A stretch of 64,000 nucleotides of DNA, taken from positions 2,413 through 66,412 of the forward strand of contig WBUR01000022.1 of NCBI GenBank assembly GCA_008933615.1. The letters run 5' to 3'. The notes beneath the pieces are model-generated. The model searched no databases. It saw only the letters and a list, made by a program, of their open reading frames with translations, and was not told the origin of the DNA. Of the stretch, positions 41,221 to 49,560 are shown piece by piece (the first letter of the stretch is position 1; each line of letters opens with the position of its first letter). Both the position numbers and the translations under genes were made by a program. This DNA is from a bacterium (GTDB taxonomy: Bacteria; CLD3; SB21).

Positions 41221-42018
41221 ATGACCACACTTACGGTCGGTTATTCTACTTGTCCCAACGACACATTCATTTTCGATGCCATGATTCATGGAAAAATCGA
41301 TACCGAAGACCTTCGATTTGAACCGGAACTCGCGGATGTAGAAAATTTGAATATGCGCGCCTTTAAGCAAGAATTGGACATCAGCAAACTCAGCTACCAC
41401 GCGTACCTGTTTCTGCGAGACCAGTATGCGCTGTTAAATTCCGGAAGCGCGCTAGGCCGTAATTGCGGGCCCTTGCTGATTAGCAAGAAGGTTGTAAATA
41501 TAAAGAATTTGACACCGGCGCACATCGGAATTCCGGGTAAATATACAACGGCCAATCTGCTTCTCCAGCTTTATTTGAGAAAGAAAATCGATGCTAAAAT
41601 ATTTTTGTTTTCTGATATAGAAACGGCTTTGATTAATGGAGAAATTGAGGCCGGCGTAATTATCCATGAAAACCGTTTTACTTATGAAGCGAAGGGACTA
41701 AAAAGAATTCAAGACCTGGGCGAATTTTGGGAATCTCAAACTAAACTGCCCATTCCTTTGGGCGGAATTGTTGTCAAAAAACAGTTCAGTGTTGATTTAC
41801 AGCAAAAGATTGACAGAATATTGAAGCGAAGCGTTCAATTCGCTTTTGACAATCCGGAATCCAGTCGTGAATACGTCAGAAAACATGCACAGGAAATGAG
41901 CGACGACGTCATGTTGAGTCACATTGCACTTTATGTGAATAATTATACGTTGGATTTGGGTAAAACCGGACACACCGCCGTTGAGCGATTGTTGACGGTA
42001 TCCTCGGACATCTTATAG
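41221..42018 (+). CDS. MqnA/MqnD family protein (chorismate dehydratase or 1,4-dihydroxy-6-naphthoate synthase)
   Basis: VGYSTCPNDTFIF N-terminal motif and periplasmic-binding-protein-like fold length. Confidence 0.7.
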   Translation: MTTLTVGYSTCPNDTFIFDAMIHGKIDTEDLRFEPELADVENLNMRAFKQELDISKLSYHAYLFLRDQYALLNSGSALGRNCGPLLISKKVVNIKNLTPAHIGIPGKYTTANLLLQLYLRKKIDAKIFLFSDIETALINGEIEAGVIIHENRFTYEAKGLKRIQDLGEFWESQTKLPIPLGGIVVKKQFSVDLQQKIDRILKRSVQFAFDNPESSREYVRKHAQEMSDDVMLSHIALYVNNYTLDLGKTGHTAVERLLTVSSDIL

Positions 42019-42088
42019 CGGTTTAATTATCTTGACAAATGAAGACGATTTCTCTATATTTTTGCCGTTCAAAAAACAAAGGATGGTA

Positions 42089-42364
42089 ATGTCTGTTAAC
42101 TTAAAGAAATCAAATCTCGCAAAGAACCAGGCCAAGAAACTACAAAGCAAGAAATCGGCATTGCCGTTTACGGCCGAGAATTATTATTTGTTTTTTGCCG
42201 GCTTGGCAACCATAATTGTCGGATACATTTGTATGGCCAGCGGGCCGGTCTACGGATTTTTGTCATTAACGGTATCCCCTCTTATCCTTTGTATCGGCTA
42301 TTTAGTTCTTATTCCCCTGGCCTTGATATACAGAAAGAAACCGCAGGATCATATCCAAAATTAA
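42089..42364 (+). CDS. DUF3098-like small membrane protein
   Basis: Basic N-terminus followed by two TM helices (ENYYLFFAGLATIIVGYICMASGP...). Start chosen at MSVNLKK. A longer ORF from 42032 is possible. Confidence 0.45.
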   Translation: MSVNLKKSNLAKNQAKKLQSKKSALPFTAENYYLFFAGLATIIVGYICMASGPVYGFLSLTVSPLILCIGYLVLIPLALIYRKKPQDHIQN

Positions 42365-42379
42365 TCAGAAGGGCGAACT

Positions 42380-42724
42380 ATGAAAAAGATGCTGTATTCT
42401 ATAGCTTATTTTGTTTCAGTTCTTGTTGTCATGAGCTGCGGAAAAGAAGTCAAGACGGAAAAAGCAATCGTAAAGATACCGACCTCGATTTGCGGTGAAT
42501 GCGCTAACACGATCAAGACCGCGGTTATGAAACTCGACGGTATTAAAAATGTCGACGTGAATACGGATACTAAATTGGCCATGATCGAATTTATTCCTGC
42601 ATCGGTTAAAGTCTCTGAAATCGAGGATGCTATCGTTATGTCGGGTTACGGAGCCAACGACAAGGCTGCAAATAAAGAAGCATTTGAAAAATTACCCGAC
42701 TGCTGCCGAAAAGAAGAAAAATAG
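42380..42724 (+). CDS. heavy-metal-associated (HMA) domain lipoprotein
   Basis: Signal peptide plus lipobox (VMSCG). The HMA fold has CGEC in place of the canonical MxCxxC, and the C-terminus ends in CC. Confidence 0.65.
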   Translation: MKKMLYSIAYFVSVLVVMSCGKEVKTEKAIVKIPTSICGECANTIKTAVMKLDGIKNVDVNTDTKLAMIEFIPASVKVSEIEDAIVMSGYGANDKAANKEAFEKLPDCCRKEEK

Positions 42725-42750
42725 TTCATCATAACATAGCTCCGGACTTA

Positions 42751-42785
42751 AAGAGAATGCCGCTCGGCGTTCTCTTTTTATTTTG
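42751..42785 (+). terminator. intrinsic terminator
   Basis: AGAGAATGCCG-CTC-GGCGTTCTCT followed by TTTTATTTTG. Confidence 0.6.
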
Positions 42786-42791
42786 TAAAAC

Positions 42792-44147
42792 ATGAAATCA
42801 TTTATTAAACAATTTTTTGAGATCAACGGCTCCGAAGTCCGGGAATCGCGCAACCGGATCTCTGTAAAGCTATCCGATGAATTGCGAGAGTATTTCAGTC
42901 TGGATGAATTGCAGTTAGTATTTGATGCAAAAGACGTAGACGAAAAGAGTGAGTTGGTCACTCACGGGAGTTACGTACTCAATACAATATATAATTATCT
43001 TCAGGACCGCGGCGGTAAGATCGTCAGCCGCCTGGATGACCGCTACCAGCCGACGCGCGACGAACTGCTTAATTGCATTAAACTCGACCACGGCAAGGTC
43101 ACGTCTTTAAAGTCAAAAAAAGAAAAAGTCGTCGATATTCTGTTCAACTTCAAAGTCACGTATTTATCAGACGAAAAACTTGAGGATATCTTCACTTTGG
43201 GCGTTGATGGTACAGGAGCCGTTTTTGAATCTGGCGAATATTACACGAATGCGGTAATGAAAGATGTGGTGCCTCTCCAGCAAAAAGGCAGTATCGAATT
43301 ATCACGCAAAGATCTGGAAATTCAATTTCGTGAATGCCTGAAAGCCGCATCGGAACGGGCCCAGGAATACGGTAAAAGCTTACAAAACGAGATATTAAAA
43401 CGTCTGCACCGTAACGTATCCCGCATCAAAGGTTATTATACTGCGCAGATACAGGAACTACACCGCAATCAGCCCAGTTATGAAGAAAAACGAATTCACC
43501 TTGAGCGTGAAAATGAACTAAAGCTCAAAGAAGAAATTGATAATCACAAACTCCGCATTGTTTTAAAATTGCTCAGTTACCATATTATCGAACGTTCTGA
43601 AATCCGGATTTCTGCAAAATTAGCCTCTCCGTCGTCTGGGCCGGAAGCTCTTCTGGAAATGGTGTATGACCCTTACTTAGGAGAGATAGATTATGGTTCC
43701 TGCCCGGTGTGTCATTCCAATATGGAAAGAATTATTCTGAGCGATGACGGGAAAATCGGATGTTCACATTGTTCTTTTGTTTGCTCGACCTGCAAAAAGC
43801 ATTTCTCGGATCTTCAACATGCGGCAGCGTGCGTTGTCTGCAGTGATCCCCTTTGCTCCAATTGTCAGACGGGATGCCATACCTGTCATCAGCCCGTGTG
43901 CGATAAGCACCACCGCGTTTGTGCCGTGGGCGATGAAACGGTCTGTCAGTCGTGTCTAAAAACATGTTGTGTTTGCAAGAAGGACTTGTGCGCCGACCAT
44001 ACATTTGAGTGCCATGCTACGAAGGATACTATTTGCTTTGAACACCGCGTGATCTGCAACGGTTGCCGTAAAATATACTCACCACGGTATGTCCAGCAAC
44101 TTAGGAAAAATGAAAAAATTTGCCCTAATTGCAAAACTCCATTTTAG
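42792..44147 (+). CDS. hypothetical protein with coiled-coil N-terminal half and extremely Cys-rich C-terminal tail (about 12 CxxC pairs; multi-zinc-ribbon or metal-binding)
   Basis: 451-aa ORF whose last 160 aa contain about 30 Cys in repeated CxxC/CxxH spacing (CPVCHS...CSHCSFVCSTC...CVVCSDPLCSNCQTGCHTCHQPVC...). Confidence 0.7.
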   Translation: MKSFIKQFFEINGSEVRESRNRISVKLSDELREYFSLDELQLVFDAKDVDEKSELVTHGSYVLNTIYNYLQDRGGKIVSRLDDRYQPTRDELLNCIKLDHGKVTSLKSKKEKVVDILFNFKVTYLSDEKLEDIFTLGVDGTGAVFESGEYYTNAVMKDVVPLQQKGSIELSRKDLEIQFRECLKAASERAQEYGKSLQNEILKRLHRNVSRIKGYYTAQIQELHRNQPSYEEKRIHLERENELKLKEEIDNHKLRIVLKLLSYHIIERSEIRISAKLASPSSGPEALLEMVYDPYLGEIDYGSCPVCHSNMERIILSDDGKIGCSHCSFVCSTCKKHFSDLQHAAACVVCSDPLCSNCQTGCHTCHQPVCDKHHRVCAVGDETVCQSCLKTCCVCKKDLCADHTFECHATKDTICFEHRVICNGCRKIYSPRYVQQLRKNEKICPNCKTPF

Positions 44148-44148
44148 A

Positions 44149-44183
44149 AAAACAAAAAAGGCGTCCGTTTAACGAACGCCTTT
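44149..44183. terminator. bidirectional terminator between convergent genes
   Basis: GGCGTCCG-TTTAA-CGAACGCC hairpin with A-runs 5-prime and T-runs 3-prime on both strands. Confidence 0.55.
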
Positions 44184-44204
44184 CATACTGCTATAGCAAA
44201 TCAA

Positions 44205-44582
44205 TTAAGCTGAGAAGGAACTCCCGCATCCGCAGGTCTTTACGGCATTAGGATTATTGAATATGAACCCGCGGCCGTTCAATCCGTCCTGGAAATCCAA
44301 CGTTACACCCTTCATGTATAAAATACTTTTGTAATCCACTACAACTTTAACCGAGTCAAATTCGAACGGCATGTCGTTTTCACTCGTATGCTCATCAAAG
44401 GCCAGCGAATATTGAAAACCGGAACAACCGCCGCCTTGTACGCCGATGCGCAAAAAATAATTCTCAGGAATGCTCTGTTCCTTTATAATGTTCTTTATTT
44501 CGGCGATGGCTCGCGGAGTCACAACTACATCCTGTGCGACTTGCTCGTTTACGTCCGTCATCGTATCCATGTATACCTCCAA
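44205..44582 (-). CDS. iron-sulfur cluster insertion protein (IscA/ErpA/HesB family)
   Basis: 125-aa ORF with CSGFQYS...CGCGSSF, the three conserved A-type carrier cysteines. Confidence 0.85.
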   Translation of the reverse strand: MEVYMDTMTDVNEQVAQDVVVTPRAIAEIKNIIKEQSIPENYFLRIGVQGGGCSGFQYSLAFDEHTSENDMPFEFDSVKVVVDYKSILYMKGVTLDFQDGLNGRGFIFNNPNAVKTCGCGSSFSA

Positions 44583-44776
44583 ATTAAATATTCCACAATT
44601 GTATGTTAACTGAAATGAATTTATCTATAAAATATTCCCAAAGCAACCAAAAAATAATTATCCTTTTGTTATTCTTGACAAACGAGTCCGAAATACATAT
44701 ATTTAGAACAGAAAATTGAGATTGTGTCTCAATTACTTTATTAAACGAAACGATCACATCAAAATTATTACGTTGT

Positions 44777-45046
44777 ATGGTAATAGAAAATAAAGATTTA
44801 AAGTCCGATTCAAAGCCGAGAACCGTTGCTGAAATGGGATGCGGAGAGTGTGCTACGATATGCAAACTAAGCGGAGAGCATTTGGGACAGAATTCTCCAT
44901 GCATCAAATTGCTTGAACTTGGTTTTACACCCGGTCAATTGGTTACGATCATTGCAAAATCCCCTTTTCAAGATCCGGTTGCCGTTTGTGTTCGCGGAAC
45001 CGTCATCGCGTTGAGAAAACAAGAGGCGGAATGTATTCAAGTGTGA
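44777..45046 (+). CDS. feoA: ferrous iron transport protein A
   Basis: 89-aa SH3-like FeoA (LxELGFTPGQLVTII...GDPVAVCVRGTVIALRKQEAECIQV). Confidence 0.8.
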   Translation: MVIENKDLKSDSKPRTVAEMGCGECATICKLSGEHLGQNSPCIKLLELGFTPGQLVTIIAKSPFQDPVAVCVRGTVIALRKQEAECIQV

Positions 45047-47085
45047 AAGTTTCCGCTTCATGTCATGACCGATCCGATTCCGTCGTTGCACCTAATGATT
45101 TACCGGTTATTACGCTGGTAGGACAACCCAATTCCGGTAAGACAACCCTTTTTAATCTACTGACAGGATCGAACTTTAAAACGGCCAATTATGCCGGAAG
45201 TACGGTTGAGTTTTCGGTTGGTAAATTTGACGCTAAATATGATTTTAATGCGCTGATCATCGACTCTCCGGGTGTTACAAGTATTCATCCGCAATCTCCC
45301 GATGAAGAAACCACTATTGACGCCCTTTTTCACCACCCCGTTTATAAGTTACCCGACCTCATTATCGTAACGGCAGATTCGTCGCAACTCTCACGCCAAC
45401 TCTATCTGGTTCATCAGCTCATTGAATCCGGATTTAACGTGGTCGTCGCATTAACCATGAACGATCTTTTGGAGAGAAAAGGATTTGAATTATCAGTCGC
45501 AAAATCGGAAGAGCTTCTGAAATGCCCTGTTGTCAGGATAAATGGACGAACGGGGGAAGGTTTACCTGATCTGATCAGCCGTTGCCGCCAGCTGTATGAA
45601 TTGGTCATCTTTGAAAATGCAAAAAAGAATATAAAACGCCCGGCTCCGCCGACCGAAGAAAGTGTCATCGCGCTTTACTCTTTCACGGAAAATATCGAGA
45701 AACAAGTGGTACTCCCCCGGCAAAAACCGGTTGACATTCATGCAGTAAATAAAAAAATATTTAACGTTAGGTCTCACGACGCCGATGAACACTCCGTAAA
45801 ATTGGATAAATTATTTCTTCATCCGTTTTGGGGATTGGTGTTCTTCATCGTTTCCATGAGCGCGATATTCACATCCATTTTCTGGCTGGCCCAGCCGATC
45901 ATGGACGGCATTAGCGAAGGATTCGGGTTATTGAGTTCATGGACAAGCGCCCTGCTTCCGCCATCCTGGCTGTCCGACCTCGTTGCTCAAGGCATTATCG
46001 CAGGCATTGGCATGGTTGCGACTTTTTTGCCTCAGATCGTAATTCTATTTCTGTTTCTAGGAATTCTTGAGGATACGGGCTATCTAGCGCGAGGAGCCAT
46101 GTTAATAGATAAGCCTCTGTCCAAGATAGGATTGAATGGGCGTTCGTTTGTTCCGATGTTATCCGGATTTGCCTGCGCAATTCCCGCAATCATGGCGGCG
46201 CGAACGATTTCCAATCGCCGCGAACGCCTTCTCACTATTTTTATTATTCCGCTCATGAGTTGCAGCGCACGATTGCCCGTGTATGCGCTTTTGCTTGCGC
46301 TGGTAGTACCTCCGGACAAACCGTGGATCGCAGGGTTGTCTCTCGGCGCCATCTATCTAACGAGTCTCACTATTGGAGCTATCGCGGCGGGTATCATCAG
46401 CAAATTAGCCGGAAAAAAAGGGAACTCTGCATTCATGTTAGAACTACCCGCCTATCGGAAACCCGTGGTGAGGTATATTCTAAAAGGAACCTATTATAAA
46501 TCAGTTTTGTACATCCAGAAAGCAGGCGGAACGATCGTATTTTGTTCATTGTTTATTTGGGCGCTTACCTATTTCCCAAATACCGAACCCGCCCTCAGCA
46601 CGGAAAAAACGAAAAATCTGACGAGCGCAGAGATAACAAAATTAATCGAATTTGAGCGGACCAACACCAGTTATGCGGCATCGATCGGACATATGACAGA
46701 GCCTTTTCTGGAGCCATTAGGATGGGATTGGCGCGTAGGAGTTAGCCTGATTTCGGCTTTCGTAGCGCGAGAGGTCTTTGTCAGCGCGATGGCGCTGTCC
46801 TTGCGAATATCAGAAAACGGGGATGATCTTCAGGCATCCATGCTTGAATCCATGCACGAAGCTAAAATTGCTAATTCAGATAAACCGCTTTTCACAACGG
46901 CGTCAACCATCGGCCTGATCATATTTTTCATGATTGCGATGCAGTGTATATCGACACTGGCTATTTCAAGGAAAGAAACCGGTTCATGGAAAATCCCCAT
47001 TATTCAGCAGAGTGTATATTCCATCGCGGCTTATATTGCGGCGCTTGCCGCAGTAAACGGTCTCCGCGCGCTGGGAATTCAATAA
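45031..47085 (+). CDS. feoB: ferrous iron transport protein B
   Basis: N-terminal G-domain (LVGQPNSGKTTLFN) and C-terminal nucleoside-transporter-like membrane domain. Start placed at the ATG that overlaps the feoA stop. The track start at 44986 is probably an upstream artifact. Confidence 0.9.
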   Translation: MYSSVKVSASCHDRSDSVVAPNDLPVITLVGQPNSGKTTLFNLLTGSNFKTANYAGSTVEFSVGKFDAKYDFNALIIDSPGVTSIHPQSPDEETTIDALFHHPVYKLPDLIIVTADSSQLSRQLYLVHQLIESGFNVVVALTMNDLLERKGFELSVAKSEELLKCPVVRINGRTGEGLPDLISRCRQLYELVIFENAKKNIKRPAPPTEESVIALYSFTENIEKQVVLPRQKPVDIHAVNKKIFNVRSHDADEHSVKLDKLFLHPFWGLVFFIVSMSAIFTSIFWLAQPIMDGISEGFGLLSSWTSALLPPSWLSDLVAQGIIAGIGMVATFLPQIVILFLFLGILEDTGYLARGAMLIDKPLSKIGLNGRSFVPMLSGFACAIPAIMAARTISNRRERLLTIFIIPLMSCSARLPVYALLLALVVPPDKPWIAGLSLGAIYLTSLTIGAIAAGIISKLAGKKGNSAFMLELPAYRKPVVRYILKGTYYKSVLYIQKAGGTIVFCSLFIWALTYFPNTEPALSTEKTKNLTSAEITKLIEFERTNTSYAASIGHMTEPFLEPLGWDWRVGVSLISAFVAREVFVSAMALSLRISENGDDLQASMLESMHEAKIANSDKPLFTTASTIGLIIFFMIAMQCISTLAISRKETGSWKIPIIQQSVYSIAAYIAALAAVNGLRALGIQ

Positions 47086-47086
47086 A

Positions 47087-47290
47087 CTACCCTATTACTT
47101 CAAACTTCGTTTCACCGGTTTCCAGCATTTTTTTTACATACGGCCGGCACATGCCGCAGGCTTCGCCAAACGCAAGATACCTCTGGATACATTGAATGTT
47201 AATGCATTTATGTTTATCGGAAACCTGCTTCATCTTCTCAAATGTCACCTCGCTGCATACGCATTTGGTTACCATCAGCTTTTCTCCCAC
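47087..47290 (-). CDS. BFD-like [2Fe-2S]-binding domain protein
   Basis: 67-aa ORF with CxC...C...CGxC spacing (TKCVCSEVT...QCIQ...ACGMCRP) typical of bacterioferritin-associated ferredoxin-like domains. It overlaps the PduO gene by 16 nt. Confidence 0.7.
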   Translation of the reverse strand: MGEKLMVTKCVCSEVTFEKMKQVSDKHKCINIQCIQRYLAFGEACGMCRPYVKKMLETGETKFEVIG

Positions 47291-47820
47291 TTGATCTCAT
47301 CCATGCCGGCAATATGATTCATCCATCGTGCCATAACAAACAGTAAATCCGATAAACGGTTTAAATAGATTAGTACATAGCCGCCAATCGGCTCCTCTTT
47401 GGACAGCGTTACCGTCAGCCGTTCTGCGCGCCTGCAGACATTCCGCGCAAGATGCAAGTGTGCAGCGGCAGGATGGCCTCCCGGCAGAATAAAATTAGTC
47501 AGAGGAGGTAATTTTGCATCGAGTTCATCAATCCATTTTTCAAGTTTTTCAGCATCATTTTTTTGCATACGCACGATAGACTCATTCTTCACGGACAGAG
47601 GCGTAGCTAGATCAGCGCCTAAATTAAAAAGATGATTTTGAATTTGAAGTAATATGTTATCTGTTTCCTTGTCTCCTATCATACTCCGGGCTATTCCTAT
47701 GACGGAGTTGAGTTCATCCACCGTTCCATACGATTCGATTCGAACAGCATCTTTGGAAACGCGTTTTCCGCCAAATAGTCCCGTGGTACCGTCATCACCT
47801 GTTTTAGTGTATATTTTCAT
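47275..47820 (-). CDS. ATP:cob(I)alamin adenosyltransferase, PduO/MMAB type
   Basis: MKIYTKTGDDGTTGLFGGKRVSKD N-terminal signature and about 180 aa length. Confidence 0.85.
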   Translation of the reverse strand: MKIYTKTGDDGTTGLFGGKRVSKDAVRIESYGTVDELNSVIGIARSMIGDKETDNILLQIQNHLFNLGADLATPLSVKNESIVRMQKNDAEKLEKWIDELDAKLPPLTNFILPGGHPAAAHLHLARNVCRRAERLTVTLSKEEPIGGYVLIYLNRLSDLLFVMARWMNHIAGMDEIKWEKS

Positions 47821-47839
47821 TGGTATGCCCAGACTTATT

Positions 47840-48886
47840 TCAGTTGAATGTTATTCCGCCCGGTGACCTGCCTACTTTGAGTTTACGCCGTATTTTGAAA
47901 TCCTTACTGAACCACACCAACTCCCCGTTGGATATAAAATCAAGCCCGTCCGTTGCAAATAGTTCGTGGCCGCCAAAAACCAATGAATGATAATTACCGG
48001 AAATTGTTGTGGTTACGGCCGACTGTTTCAAATTCCACACCTGAATAGGTCCATTAGACGAACTGATGTAAGCGAGTAAAGAATCCTTCAAAACTACCTT
48101 CACAGGCTTGATGTTATTAAATTCCCCAATCTTCCCAACGATCTCATTCGTTGCGCCGTCAATGACGCCAATGTATCCCGTGCTGCCGCTCCCTGAACAC
48201 GCTACGTATATCCGATTCGCTGCCGAGTCAACAGCCATTGAAACCGGATTCTTCGTAAGCATGATCGTATCGCTCTGAAGCGTTCCCAAATCAAGAACGG
48301 TAATCACGGAATCGTTCATGTTCGGAGAATTAGAAATATAAGCCTTATTGTTTAGAACAACGATCTCATCAGGACGGTGGGTAAGTTTAACCCGAAAATC
48401 CGGAGTGCGTGTCGCAAAACTCAACGAGACTATCGAACTATCTGCATTACTCGTAATCAACAGTTTATCACTCCACGTAATTATATTTCGCGGTGAACTA
48501 ATTCCGCCGATAGTCTCGACACTTTTAAACGTATGGGTGTCAATCATCTCGACCTTATCCGAATTAGTTACGGTAATAAATCCCACCGAACCGACCACCA
48601 GCATGCTATGCGCATGATCGCCCAAATTACGCCCATTCACAGTTGCAAACACGTTGTTAAACGTCGTATCCGTTTCAATGGAATCCAGAATACTTAGAGA
48701 TGCATTCCCACTGCCGTAATTTCCTTCACAGACGATAAAAGCCTGCGAGAAGGAAGGCAATTCCACGTCTGGATTGGAAGAGTCCGAACAGCCGGCCAAA
48801 AATGAAATCCAGCCTATCGTTACCGTCACTAGGTTGCGATATACAGGAGATCTGAAGATACTTAGGATTACATGTTTATTTTGCAA
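47840..48886 (-). CDS. YVTN-type beta-propeller surface lipoprotein (possibly BtuG-like B12-capture protein)
   Basis: Lipobox LAGCS and repeated approximately 40-aa YVTN-like blades. It sits in the cobalamin-riboswitch-controlled operon. Confidence 0.65.
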   Translation of the reverse strand: MQNKHVILSIFRSPVYRNLVTVTIGWISFLAGCSDSSNPDVELPSFSQAFIVCEGNYGSGNASLSILDSIETDTTFNNVFATVNGRNLGDHAHSMLVVGSVGFITVTNSDKVEMIDTHTFKSVETIGGISSPRNIITWSDKLLITSNADSSIVSLSFATRTPDFRVKLTHRPDEIVVLNNKAYISNSPNMNDSVITVLDLGTLQSDTIMLTKNPVSMAVDSAANRIYVACSGSGSTGYIGVIDGATNEIVGKIGEFNNIKPVKVVLKDSLLAYISSSNGPIQVWNLKQSAVTTTISGNYHSLVFGGHELFATDGLDFISNGELVWFSKDFKIRRKLKVGRSPGGITFN

Positions 48887-49439
48887 CGATAACTGCCGAT
48901 TTTTTTAACGATCGTGAAACAAACCAGGAAATCAATTCATATGAAATTACAAATATGCTGACGAAGAACATATCCCCGGCAAGTGAGTTTCTGAAAAACG
49001 GCAACGCCATGACATAACTCTGAATCAGGCCGCTCAGGTCTTTGGTGTATAAGCCGAGCGTCAGCCATGATCCGAAATTAGTCACAATATAAAAAATAAG
49101 AGAGGAACCAAGTGTGCCCGACACCAGCGACGCCGTAAATGCCGCTTTATTTTTTCGGCGCGTGCCGATCCAGATGCCGATTAGAACGGCCAGCAATATC
49201 GACCCGTACACAAACGGCATATCGAATAAACTAAATCCTAAAAATATATCCGCGATCGCCATCGATGCGATCGGCAGTATGAAAGCCCATTTCTTATTCA
49301 GGTATATACCGCCAAATATCGCCGTCGCCGACACCGGGACAAAATTCCATGGATGCGGTAACAAACGGCACATAGCGATCATCAGCACAGCGAAAATGGT
49401 GGGCATCGAATTGGCCATTTGTTCTTTTGTTGGTTTCAT
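48876..49439 (-). CDS. small six-TM membrane protein (ECF S-component/BtuM-like candidate vitamin transporter)
   Basis: 187-aa hydrophobic protein between the TonB receptor and the propeller lipoprotein, overlapping the downstream gene by 11 nt. Confidence 0.55.
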   Translation of the reverse strand: MKPTKEQMANSMPTIFAVLMIAMCRLLPHPWNFVPVSATAIFGGIYLNKKWAFILPIASMAIADIFLGFSLFDMPFVYGSILLAVLIGIWIGTRRKNKAAFTASLVSGTLGSSLIFYIVTNFGSWLTLGLYTKDLSGLIQSYVMALPFFRNSLAGDMFFVSIFVISYELISWFVSRSLKKSAVIVAK

Positions 49440-49560
49440 AACGGCACTCCTCTTTTTTTATCTGTTAATTGAATATTAATTCAAGATGGGTTTATGAATA
49501 TAAAACATTAATCCTTTACTGTCAATGTGGCTTAGCGTCATTTTTGATACATTCGTTCGC

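Noticed and set aside
44986-45030. ORF-track start of feoB at 44986, which would overlap feoA by 60 nt
   Set aside because: The translation before MYSSVK has no similarity to FeoB N-termini. The G-domain begins shortly after the ATG at 45031, which overlaps the feoA stop in a typical coupled arrangement.
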